A stretch of 64,000 nt of DNA from Thermoplasmatota archaeon (GTDB taxonomy: Archaea; Thermoplasmatota; Poseidoniia; Poseidoniales; Poseidoniaceae): assembly GCA_036160375.1 (NCBI GenBank), contig JAYYDY010000035.1:13033-77032 (forward strand), written 5' to 3'. Each line of letters starts with the position of its first letter. The stretch's first letter is position 1. Of the stretch, positions 8,976-17,438 are shown in pieces. Under the pieces are notes generated by a model that saw nothing but the letters and a program-made list of their open reading frames with translations, had not been told where the DNA came from and searched no databases. The translations under genes and the position numbers were made by a program.

Positions 8976-10340
8976 TCAAGGGAACGAGGGGGTTGGCCAG
9001 TCTTCGATAGCACCGTGCTCGTAGGGCGTCCGAATGAGCAGGGCTTCCATGCCCTCCATGGTGGTCACATCTTCCTCGATTTGCTGTCGATGCAGCCATT
9101 GCTTCAACCGCCCCAGGCGCATCCCTTCGCCAATGTTCGTGCGCGCCATCAGCCAGTGCCCGTCCACCAAACAGGGCACGGGTTCGCTCCTGGGTCCAAC
9201 GGAGCGCCAGCGCTTCTTCACCTCAGCAACGGCAGCGGTTTCCGATTGAAGGCCCGAATGGAGACGGACATCGTGGTCTGCCAGACACTCCAGGGTCAGC
9301 AGGTGTGCTTCTGCCTGGGTCGTGAGGGCATGGCTGAACACGCGTAGCGTCGCCGTATCGTTCGTGGGCAGGTGGCCTAGGACTTCATGGAAGGCGGCCG
9401 TGGAACGCTGAAGTTCGTTGGAGGCCCGCAGGCTTTTGAGCTGATGAACCGCTTCTTTCGTGGGGTGTTCGACCATCATCAAGGCGAGGCGCTGGTGAAG
9501 ATGAAGCCGTTGAAGTCGGTCATCGTCCAACACATTGAGAAGAGCGGTGTTCATGACGATGAGGTGTTCAAAGACATGACGCAGGACACCGCCGTCCTGC
9601 ATGGCTTGGAGGACAGCCCCTGGCTTTGGTCCAACGAGGATCTTCTTGACTTCCATCCACCGTCGTTCAATCGCCACCATGCTCAGGCGGGTGCCGTGGC
9701 GAGCGATGGCCTGCTCAAGCTCAGCGTCCATGGCCCAGAGGGGGCCGCTGTCCCGTCGGGTAAACCGGTAGGCTCGGAGGATTCGGAGCGCATCTTCTTC
9801 GCAGCGCTGGCTGGCATCGCCGACCGCTCGAACCAGGCGCTGTTGGAGGTCAACCATTCCATTGTACGGGTCATACAGCCGGCGTCGTGCGACATCGACG
9901 GCCATGCTGTTGAACGTGAAGTCCCTGCGACTCAGATCCTCCTTCAACGAACGACCCCAATTGACGACGTCAGGACGCCGTCCGTCCCGGTAGAGTGATT
10001 CGGTGCGCAGGGTCGTCACTTCGTAATGTCGACCTTGCCCCTTCACCGTGATGGTGCCAAAATCAATGCCCGTGGGGATGGCTTGCTCGCCGAAGAGTTC
10101 CATCATGCGATGAGGTGTGCAGGTGGTGCACACGTCAATGTCCGGGGCAGCCTCGCCAAGCCATGCATCGCGCACACAACCGCCGACCAGCCATGCGCCT
10201 TCACCTGCTTCGGCAAGGGTTTGCAGCAGGCTCAGTAAATCATCAGGCAAGCTCGCCAACCATCGGGCAATGGGTGGTGGGCAAGGCGCACCTTCCATGT
10301 CGGCCTTGAGACCTTCAAGAAGAGCGTCGGTGGTTCCCAT
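8976..10340 (-). CDS. class II (bacterial/eukaryal-type) tRNA nucleotidyltransferase / poly(A) polymerase family head-neck-body protein
   Basis: Class II signature GGCVRDAWLGEAAPDIDVCT (GGxVRD..DxD) and motif RRDFTFNSMA (RRDFTINAM). Start placed at Met85 of track ORF 8976..10592; the upstream 84 codons look like a spurious extension. Confidence 0.7.
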   Translation of the reverse strand: MGTTDALLEGLKADMEGAPCPPPIARWLASLPDDLLSLLQTLAEAGEGAWLVGGCVRDAWLGEAAPDIDVCTTCTPHRMMELFGEQAIPTGIDFGTITVKGQGRHYEVTTLRTESLYRDGRRPDVVNWGRSLKEDLSRRDFTFNSMAVDVARRRLYDPYNGMVDLQQRLVRAVGDASQRCEEDALRILRAYRFTRRDSGPLWAMDAELEQAIARHGTRLSMVAIERRWMEVKKILVGPKPGAVLQAMQDGGVLRHVFEHLIVMNTALLNVLDDDRLQRLHLHQRLALMMVEHPTKEAVHQLKSLRASNELQRSTAAFHEVLGHLPTNDTATLRVFSHALTTQAEAHLLTLECLADHDVRLHSGLQSETAAVAEVKKRWRSVGPRSEPVPCLVDGHWLMARTNIGEGMRLGRLKQWLHRQQIEEDVTTMEGMEALLIRTPYEHGAIEDWPTPSFP

Positions 10341-10412
10341 GCGTTCACCCTTGGTGCCTGTGGCGTGCGGGGCATGAAAAAGCATTATGTGAATCGGCAG
10401 CGAGACACCGGC

Positions 10413-10856
10413 ATGTCGTGGGGAGAAGACGATGTTCAACTGGTCCCCGTCGCGTGGCTCAAGGTCCACGAGGAAATCAAGCCAAAGAACCGAGATAAAC
10501 TGCTCGAGATGACCAAAAAGTGGGGTGGCTACACCAAACCACTCATCGTCGACAAGCGCACTGGAGCCATTTTGGATGGTCATCATCGGCATTCCATCGC
10601 CGTGCTGTTGGAGTTGAAGCGGGTGCCTGCTGTGTGCGTGGACTACCTTGAAGACGATTCGATTGAACTCGGCGTCTGGCCAGCCTGTGGGCTGGATTCA
10701 CTGACAAAGGAAGAAGTGATTGCCATGTCGCTCTCCGATGAGGTGTTTCCCCCAAAGACAAGCCGTCATACGCTCCCCGATGAGACGCCGCCAATCTTTG
10801 TGCCCCTCGATACGTTGGCCGTACTTCCACCGCTTACGGGGCCTGACGCGTCTTGA
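10413..10856 (+). CDS. ParB/sulfiredoxin-fold (ParB N-terminal nuclease-like) domain protein, no HTH
   Basis: LIVDKRTGAILDGHHRHSIA is the ParB/Srx-fold DGHHR motif. About 150 aa. Start placed at MSWGED (Met17 of the track ORF starting 10365). Confidence 0.45.
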   Translation: MSWGEDDVQLVPVAWLKVHEEIKPKNRDKLLEMTKKWGGYTKPLIVDKRTGAILDGHHRHSIAVLLELKRVPAVCVDYLEDDSIELGVWPACGLDSLTKEEVIAMSLSDEVFPPKTSRHTLPDETPPIFVPLDTLAVLPPLTGPDAS

Positions 10857-12645
10857 TCCAGTCCCGCCAGCGTTCGTTCCCCTTTCCTTTAAGGGAAACA
10901 CCGTGCTGTGGTGAGGCCGGCAGAGTCAGGTTTACTGTGCTCAAAATGCCTTCGTGGACCACATCAATGGTGAGTTCATCGGCGGTTCGGCCGGCGATCA
11001 ATTTCTTGAGGTGAGCGACGGACTTGATGCGAACGCCGTCAATCGCGAGCAGTTCGTCCCCGACTTGCGTTAGTTCTCGAAGGGGCGAGCCACCGTGGTA
11101 AGTGGTGATCACGACCCGGCCGGCAGCCTCTTTGAGTCCGACACCCAGCCATCCTTTTCCTTCCTTGTCGGAGGCGTGCGGCACCAATTTCAATCTGAAT
11201 GCCGACAGGGCGCGCTGAAGGTTGGGGTGGTTGCGGTGCTTGACCAGACGGTCGAGGTACGGGCCCATGGCCTCGCCGCCCGGGCAGGTTTTGAGCGTCG
11301 TTCGAATGTCCTTGTACTCAACGCCCAGTTCCTGAGATTCAGCCGAATCAATGGCGTACAGACGAACAAGTTCTGCCATGAGGTCGCAAGCACCGAACGT
11401 GTGGTTGTTTCGCCGTCGCAACTCAACGTCCAAGCAGAGCAGCGCCAGTTCACCCTCAAGGTAGTAAGAAATTTGATTCTCTCTCGTGTAGGGGCCGCTT
11501 CTATAGAGGTGTATCCACGCATCATGGCTTGACTCAGCAAGGGATTCTCGAAGCATGCCATTGTTGGCGGTGTGCCGCTTCATTTTCCGCTCAAAGTCCA
11601 ATCGCCAGTCCTCCTCACTCCACGCCCCCGAGCGAACACACATCATGTCACCCAGCCAGGACGTGGCGCCCTCAAACCACCACAGGAGATCGGTGTGGGT
11701 CTCCGATTGCAAGTCGTAGTCGAGGAAGGATTTGGGTCGAAGGCGTTTGACGTTCCACTGATGGAGGTACTCATGGGAAAATAAACTCACGAGGTCCCTG
11801 TACTCGTCAGCGTGGTCCGGGAATAAACATGAACGGGGCATCATCGAGGTCTGAGAATTCATGTGCTCCAGTCCGCCCCTGCCGGTGTCAGTGAGGTGGA
11901 GCACCGTGGTGTAATCTGGCCAGTCAGGCACGCCGAACAGGGCGTAATGTTCCTTCGCAATACGTTCCATGTCGTCGATGAAGGCTTGGAGGCGGGTGCT
12001 GTCGGGCTGATGGCCACCGCTGTCCCACCATTTCAGATGATGGGGGCGTCCGGAAATGTTGTGCGTGATGGTGGGATTCGGGTTGACCTCAATGATGCTG
12101 TCCAGCACAAGGTCCCTGCCGTCGGTGGAGAAGTGCCATTGCTTGCTGGCATCGCTCAGGTCTTCGCTTGAATCGAGATGGAGCTGCGTCGCCGGAGTCC
12201 ACGTTGATGGTGCCGTGATGTCCACGCCGTGCTTCAATTCCAAACGCGTGCTGTCGATGCCGCGTTCGGGCCAAAACCATGTGAAGGGTGGCATGAGGTG
12301 CAGATGGGTCGTGTCGAGGTGATTGGACCGAACGCTCAGTTCCTTGGCAAGCAGCGTGTAGTCGAGGCGGACCGTCTTGGAACTCTTTCGGAGGCGAACC
12401 GAGATGCCATCCACGCCCACGCGCTTCCACGTCAATTCCGTGCCGGCGTCATCGGTGGCAGAAAAATCAAACATGTGTTGAATCGGTTCTCGGAGAAAGT
12501 ACGAACCAGGCACCCAACGAGGGAATCTCAAGACCAGTTGCAGTGATGTGAAGGGCCCTTCGATGGTCAGCCCTGCACCAAGATGGTGTTGACGGCCGTT
12601 GGTCGCATCGGCGTGAAAACGAATACCGGAGGGTGGCAGGCTCAT
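10834..12645 (-). CDS. M61 glycyl aminopeptidase family zinc peptidase with C-terminal PDZ domain
   Basis: HEYLHQWN zinc motif (HExxHxW of M61) and a downstream Glu. C-terminal PDZ-like region (GWLGVGLKE...VVITTYHGGSP..ELLAIDGVRI). Confidence 0.75.
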   Translation of the reverse strand: MSLPPSGIRFHADATNGRQHHLGAGLTIEGPFTSLQLVLRFPRWVPGSYFLREPIQHMFDFSATDDAGTELTWKRVGVDGISVRLRKSSKTVRLDYTLLAKELSVRSNHLDTTHLHLMPPFTWFWPERGIDSTRLELKHGVDITAPSTWTPATQLHLDSSEDLSDASKQWHFSTDGRDLVLDSIIEVNPNPTITHNISGRPHHLKWWDSGGHQPDSTRLQAFIDDMERIAKEHYALFGVPDWPDYTTVLHLTDTGRGGLEHMNSQTSMMPRSCLFPDHADEYRDLVSLFSHEYLHQWNVKRLRPKSFLDYDLQSETHTDLLWWFEGATSWLGDMMCVRSGAWSEEDWRLDFERKMKRHTANNGMLRESLAESSHDAWIHLYRSGPYTRENQISYYLEGELALLCLDVELRRRNNHTFGACDLMAELVRLYAIDSAESQELGVEYKDIRTTLKTCPGGEAMGPYLDRLVKHRNHPNLQRALSAFRLKLVPHASDKEGKGWLGVGLKEAAGRVVITTYHGGSPLRELTQVGDELLAIDGVRIKSVAHLKKLIAGRTADELTIDVVHEGILSTVNLTLPASPQHGVSLKGKGNERWRDWIKTRQAP

Positions 12646-13634
12646 GCCCCAAGTTCAGTTGCGGCGGTTGATAGGTTCTCGCACGCCACCTTGAGGAGTT
12701 CATCTTCGGTGGTTTCAGCGAGTTCGTTGACCCGTTCAAGAACACTCGGTTCGTTGGCTCGACCGATGAGCCGTTCAAGGAGTTTGCACCGCTCAATAAC
12801 ATGGAGCCGTTCGTCGTTGATGAGTTGCCATCGAAGGTCGTCCTCCGATGCATTTTGTCGAATCACCCAACGTGCCACAGGTTCGAGCAAACCGCCGTCG
12901 AGAAGATGTTGAATCAACGGTTCGGAACGATCCGAGACGGTTGCACGAAGGTGGTCGCCAAGGGCCTTCATGTCCTTTGGTTTGATGTGTTGGGTGAGTT
13001 GTTTGAGCTGCGACGGCTCGTGCTCAGCCGCCCATACAAGGATGTCCACGGTGTGGTGGCCGGCTTCCACAAACGGAACCAAGTCGTCCATCCTCACGTC
13101 CACGCTTCGTTTGAAGGCGGTCTTCAAGGCCGCTCCTCGCACGCCCTCGTGCGGGTCGGTCAACCCGCCCCGCAAGGTCGCTACGGGCAGCGCTGGGTGC
13201 CCCATGCCAGTGGCCCGGATTGAATCGCTCTTGTGCTGTGCTAGGCGCTCTGCAACATCGCAGTCATCCACGAGAAGCAAGGCCCGGGCCGCTTTCCGCT
13301 GCACGACGTTGTCTTCATCGTCCAAGGCAACCAACGCCAGCGAAACGCCTTGTTGTCCAAGCGGAGCGAGAAGGTTAGCGCCAGCCCTGCGAACATCCAA
13401 ATTGCGGTGATTGAGAAGGGTCTCGATCGCTTCACTGCCGGACAGCAACCCCCACATTCGGTAGGCGTCCAGTGCTTTTGATACGAACCAGGTGTCGTCG
13501 TCATCAAGCAGTGGCTTGAACGCTTGCAGCACGGAAGGGTCGTCATGCTCAAACAACGTCCGAACCGCCCGACGCCGGGTGCGAATGTCTCGGTGCTTCA
13601 ACCGAGCCATGGCTTTCCCGATATCGTTCGCCAT
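12642..13634 (-). CDS. HEAT/PBS-lyase-like repeat protein
   Basis: Repeated D..VR..A...L motifs (DIRTRRRAVRTLFEH, DVRRAGANLLA, NVVQRKAARALL). The 4-nt overlap with the M61 start (12642-12645) indicates translational coupling. Start may be 13634 or 13700. Confidence 0.5.
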   Translation of the reverse strand: MANDIGKAMARLKHRDIRTRRRAVRTLFEHDDPSVLQAFKPLLDDDDTWFVSKALDAYRMWGLLSGSEAIETLLNHRNLDVRRAGANLLAPLGQQGVSLALVALDDEDNVVQRKAARALLLVDDCDVAERLAQHKSDSIRATGMGHPALPVATLRGGLTDPHEGVRGAALKTAFKRSVDVRMDDLVPFVEAGHHTVDILVWAAEHEPSQLKQLTQHIKPKDMKALGDHLRATVSDRSEPLIQHLLDGGLLEPVARWVIRQNASEDDLRWQLINDERLHVIERCKLLERLIGRANEPSVLERVNELAETTEDELLKVACENLSTAATELGA

Positions 13635-13677
13635 GCTTGCGGGAGATGCCGCTCCCTCATAGCCTGTTGCGTTGTCC

Positions 13678-14310
13678 TCAGCGCATTTCGAGCCAGGCAA
13701 AGAACAGGATAATGGGGAGGAGATAGAACAAGCGACGATGCATGCGATGCGTGGCTTCCATGTGTTCGATCACCGACGGTGGGAGCACTTCCACGGACGA
13801 GGAGGTTCGTCGTCGTCGGTTCAGCATGACGTGTTCTTCGATGTATGCCAGCACCGTGCCGCGCAGCTCGGGGTCTCTGCTTCGGGCCTCACCTCGTCCG
13901 ACGATGTAGCGAATGGGATGTTCCTCAGCCAATTCAAGGGTTGAAGCCACGATGGTTAGGGGTTGAGTTGAGTTGTGGAGGTCGATGCGGACCGTTCGCC
14001 CATCGCTCCGAACATGGCTGAGCACGCGCCACTTCCCTCGGCCTTCGTTGAAGGGTTGGAGCCGAGTTCGTACCTCATCGATGGGGTCCACATTGGAGAC
14101 ATTGGGTGCCCTTCTGAAGCCCAAGAACGGCCCCAAAAGAAGTGCACAAGCCACCGGCGTGATGCACATGAGTTGAACGAGCCTCACCAAGGCATCGGGG
14201 TCGGTCAACGCCGAGACAACGGCGAGCGAGAAACCAAGGAACAGGCCGATGAAGCCACCCGCTTGGACACCGGTGACCAGGCCAATGCGGGGGCGCTCGG
14301 TCTCGGCCAT
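13678..14310 (-). CDS. hypothetical membrane protein
   Basis: Start taken at MAETERP (Met110 of track ORF 13678..14637). Two to three TM helices (GFIGLFLGFSLAVV, ITPVACALLLGPFLGF; C-terminal LFYLLPIILFFAWL). Confidence 0.35.
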   Translation of the reverse strand: MAETERPRIGLVTGVQAGGFIGLFLGFSLAVVSALTDPDALVRLVQLMCITPVACALLLGPFLGFRRAPNVSNVDPIDEVRTRLQPFNEGRGKWRVLSHVRSDGRTVRIDLHNSTQPLTIVASTLELAEEHPIRYIVGRGEARSRDPELRGTVLAYIEEHVMLNRRRRTSSSVEVLPPSVIEHMEATHRMHRRLFYLLPIILFFAWLEMR

Positions 14311-14390
14311 GATGATGGATGAGGCGTAGAGCCATTGAAGGCTTGGTTGATGAAGAAACAATGAAGTGATTCTGCCGGGCTTAGGACTGC

Positions 14391-15152
14391 ATGGAGCGCA
14401 ACGGTTTGCCCGACCGGATGAGGGAAGCCAAGATAGGACGGTGGGTCTTGGGTGTTTGTGGGTTCCTCCTCGTGTCGTTTTTCCTCGCTCCCATGACCCT
14501 TGAGGAGGGTTCGGTTGGGCCGCTCCAGGGGCGCGCCAACGCCATCGATTACTACAGCGAGGACGGCTTCGGATCGCATGGCAACCAAGCCGCCGACATG
14601 GGGGCTGGCGACGGCCAATGCTGCCCCGCCTTTGCATGGTCAGAGGTCAACTTCTACGCCGCCATCATCTACGGTTTTGGCGATGTCAATTGCCATCAAA
14701 AATCAGAGCGTTCGTGGGAAGTAAATAACAACCAACTTCCTGTCTGCACCCGTGATGTTGGCATTTTTGCCGGCCTTTTTATTGGCGGCGTTGTGTTTTC
14801 TCGCCGCGGTTGGAATCGGTGGACGGTTCGTGATACCTGCCTCTCTCTGCTGCCTGAATCCATGCTTCACGGCGTGTATGCAAAAAATCAGCGCACGATG
14901 TTGTGGTTGGCATGCGGCATGTTGCTTTGTGTTCCGCTGATCGCTGACGGTTTCCTTCAACTCCTCACATCGTACGAATCAACCAACTTCAAGCGGGTGT
15001 TGACCGGCGTTCCCTTCGGCTTCGGACTTGGAATCTTGTTGTGCTCAATGTTTGCCGCTCGGGCCGAGGCGTTCTTCGGTGCGGGGCAGGTGCTTTTGCC
15101 AGGCGAGGCGCGATTCACCCTTGCAAGCAACGGGCGTCAGGAATCCGAGTGA
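14391..15152 (+). CDS. DUF2085-family membrane protein
   Basis: CHQKSERSW and PVCTRDVGIFAGLF match the DUF2085 consensus (CHQ.PeRSF ... PlCaRctGiy.G). Multiple TM helices. Confidence 0.5.
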   Translation: MERNGLPDRMREAKIGRWVLGVCGFLLVSFFLAPMTLEEGSVGPLQGRANAIDYYSEDGFGSHGNQAADMGAGDGQCCPAFAWSEVNFYAAIIYGFGDVNCHQKSERSWEVNNNQLPVCTRDVGIFAGLFIGGVVFSRRGWNRWTVRDTCLSLLPESMLHGVYAKNQRTMLWLACGMLLCVPLIADGFLQLLTSYESTNFKRVLTGVPFGFGLGILLCSMFAARAEAFFGAGQVLLPGEARFTLASNGRQESE

Positions 15153-16510
15153 TTCGGCGGTTGCATCGACCACCAGACGGTCAATTCAGCGGCGTCGGTC
15201 GGCAGCGGGCAGCCTTCGTGGCCGCTGGTCAGGATTTTGAGGCGTTCATGCACGTCCCGAACGGCCTTTTGCAAACCGGTCGACAGGGATTTGCCATCCT
15301 CCACTGCAAACACGTCATGCAGGGCTTGGCTCCACTCGGCTTCGGGGTTGGCTCGTCGCCAGGAGGCGAGTTGTGTCCTCAACGGCCACATGGCCAAGGT
15401 CAGTCGGGCGAAGCCAAGTCGTTCTTCTCGAAGTTTGAAGAGTTGAGCGTCGCTGAACGGGGTGTGGTTCTGTTGTTTGTGAACCCAATGCTCGGTCAAC
15501 AGCCACTTGACCAGGCGCTGTGTGTGGCGCTGCGTCACCATGCGTACGGGGCCAAGCGCAGCGTGGAGGCGAGGGACTTCGCTTGAACCCACCATCAGTG
15601 AGAGCGTGCCCAAGATGGACCAGCAGGAGTGGGCGAGGGGTGAAGCTGGTACGTCGTGCTCCTGTGCCGAAACCGTCGGCCAATTGTCTTCGGCCTCGTT
15701 CATCCAATACGCCGGTGATTTTCCACCCAACCAGCCCACGTGAATCGCCGTTCGTTCTTGCGGTGCTCCGGGCAATCTTCGTTGCTTCTTGACGTCATGG
15801 ACCAAGGCGTTGAGCAGGGTGCGGTCAACAGCGTCGCGGTCCACGTTCAGTGGGAGTGGTTTTTTGTTGAAGAATCGACGAAGTTCACGCCTGAGTTTTG
15901 TTTTCAGCTCGTCCAGCCCACCTTCGTTCATGATGGGGCCTACCACACAACACTGGTTGAAGGGTGGAGGGACTTCGCCGAGTTCACCGAACAATGCATG
16001 AAAGCCTTGGCGAATGGTGGTCTGGATTTCTTGAGTTTCGAAATATTCCTGCTTTTGACTGGTCATGCGGAGCGTTCCCGATTTGATTCGTTTCATGGCC
16101 TTCTCAGGGTCGCAGTCAATCCAAAACACAAGGTCGGGGATCATGGCGGCAGCGTTCATGCCAGCGACTTTTTCGAGCCCGAGGTCGCCAACCACGCCCT
16201 GGTAGATGAGGGACGAGTGAATGTTCCGGTCGGAGATGACCACGCAACCCTTGGCCAGGTGCGGGCGGATGAAGGTGTGAGAGTGGTCGAGACGGTCAGC
16301 GGCGAACAGACCTGCTTCCTCAAGCGGTGTCTTGTTCCCAAGTTTCACGGACTGGAGGGCCAACTTCCCCAACTCACTGTGCCGACGAGGTTCGTGGGTC
16401 ATCACCACATCTGGGAACGGGAACTCGCTGAGGAGTTCGCCGAGAATACGAGCGGCCTCGCCCTTGCCGGACCCGTCGCCACCCTCGACTGAGATCAAGT
16501 ACATGCTCAA
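15137..16510 (-). CDS. thymidylate/nucleoside-monophosphate kinase-like domain with non-canonical P-loop, fused to a 225-aa C-terminal domain of unknown function
   Basis: The N-terminal 230 aa fits Tmk architecture (ISVEGGDGSGKGEA P-loop; DRNIHSSLIYQG DR-motif; LID-like RIKSGTLRMTSQKQEYFE). The P-loop is GK-G-E rather than GK-[ST]-T; codons ggc aag ggc gag were checked directly. The C-terminal half has no recognisable motif. The start is TTG; by my count it sits 1 nt off the track coordinate. Confidence 0.5.
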   Translation of the reverse strand: MSMYLISVEGGDGSGKGEAARILGELLSEFPFPDVVMTHEPRRHSELGKLALQSVKLGNKTPLEEAGLFAADRLDHSHTFIRPHLAKGCVVISDRNIHSSLIYQGVVGDLGLEKVAGMNAAAMIPDLVFWIDCDPEKAMKRIKSGTLRMTSQKQEYFETQEIQTTIRQGFHALFGELGEVPPPFNQCCVVGPIMNEGGLDELKTKLRRELRRFFNKKPLPLNVDRDAVDRTLLNALVHDVKKQRRLPGAPQERTAIHVGWLGGKSPAYWMNEAEDNWPTVSAQEHDVPASPLAHSCWSILGTLSLMVGSSEVPRLHAALGPVRMVTQRHTQRLVKWLLTEHWVHKQQNHTPFSDAQLFKLREERLGFARLTLAMWPLRTQLASWRRANPEAEWSQALHDVFAVEDGKSLSTGLQKAVRDVHERLKILTSGHEGCPLPTDAAELTVWWSMQPPNHSDS

Positions 16511-17370
16511 TCCTCACGCTGGTCTTCAAAGTCCATTTTTGCAAACAGGTTCACGATCATTCCAAACAGGATCAGCGTCGGTCCAACGATGATCAGGCCA
16601 CGACTGAACAGGGCGCCTGCGGCCAAGTATTGGCTTCGTCGGTAGTGCTTGCCACGACGAATTTCGACCGCAGATTGGATGCCAAGCAACGCCGTGCCGA
16701 TGGTGAGCACGCCGATGGCGGTTGAGAGTCCGACGGCGTTATCGAGGGTCCAGCCCGAAATGGACTGCTGGTCGTTCTCTTCCCTGACGGGGGTGGCGTT
16801 CCCTGGTTTCATCGTAACTGGGTCCAAGCCGACGTTGTCGGGGACGAAGGTCCGTTCCACCGTGACGTAGCCTTCCTTTGAGAAGACGATGATGTGGACC
16901 TCTTGTGCGACGTTTTTCATGGAAAAGTAGCCAAAAGCATCGGTCACGGTGGATTGCAATTCTGCCCGAGATTCGGCTTCAAGCAGCACCACGGAGACGT
17001 TCTCAACGCCGTTTCCGTCCACGTCCTCGAGGGCCGTGCCGGAGATGTCAACGGATTCTTGTTCTGCGAAGAGGGACGTGTTGAGCAGTTCGGTGGGGTT
17101 CCCTTGAAGGATGAGCGCACCGCTAACCATCCCGAGGATGCTGCCGACAAGGATGAGCACAGCCGCCAAGTTTCTCCATCGGTCCGCATCGAGGTCCATG
17201 AGTTCGTACCACTCATCGTCTTCCTGCTGACGGGTTGATTCAGCCGAGGGGAGTTCTTGGGTGCTGACCACCAATTCTTCTTCGATGATGCCGCCGCTGA
17301 GCGCCGCCTCCTTCTTGGCTTTGACACGGGCACGAAGGGCTTCCATCCTTGCTTCGCGCTCGTCGGACAT
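16507..17370 (-). CDS. membrane protein with a carboxypeptidase-regulatory-like beta domain (hypothetical)
   Basis: An acidic N-terminus, then TM helix AAVLILVGSILGMVSGALIL, then an extracytoplasmic domain (VENVSVVLLEAESRAELQSTVTDAFGYFSM resembles CarboxypepD_reg), then two C-terminal TM helices. Its stop overlaps the start of the kinase-like gene. Confidence 0.4.
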   Translation of the reverse strand: MSDEREARMEALRARVKAKKEAALSGGIIEEELVVSTQELPSAESTRQQEDDEWYELMDLDADRWRNLAAVLILVGSILGMVSGALILQGNPTELLNTSLFAEQESVDISGTALEDVDGNGVENVSVVLLEAESRAELQSTVTDAFGYFSMKNVAQEVHIIVFSKEGYVTVERTFVPDNVGLDPVTMKPGNATPVREENDQQSISGWTLDNAVGLSTAIGVLTIGTALLGIQSAVEIRRGKHYRRSQYLAAGALFSRGLIIVGPTLILFGMIVNLFAKMDFEDQRED

Positions 17371-17438
17371 GCTACCCCTCCCGTTGCGCGGAGTGCGTGC
17401 GCGGATAATACCTCTTTGCTGGATGACCGCGTGTTAAA

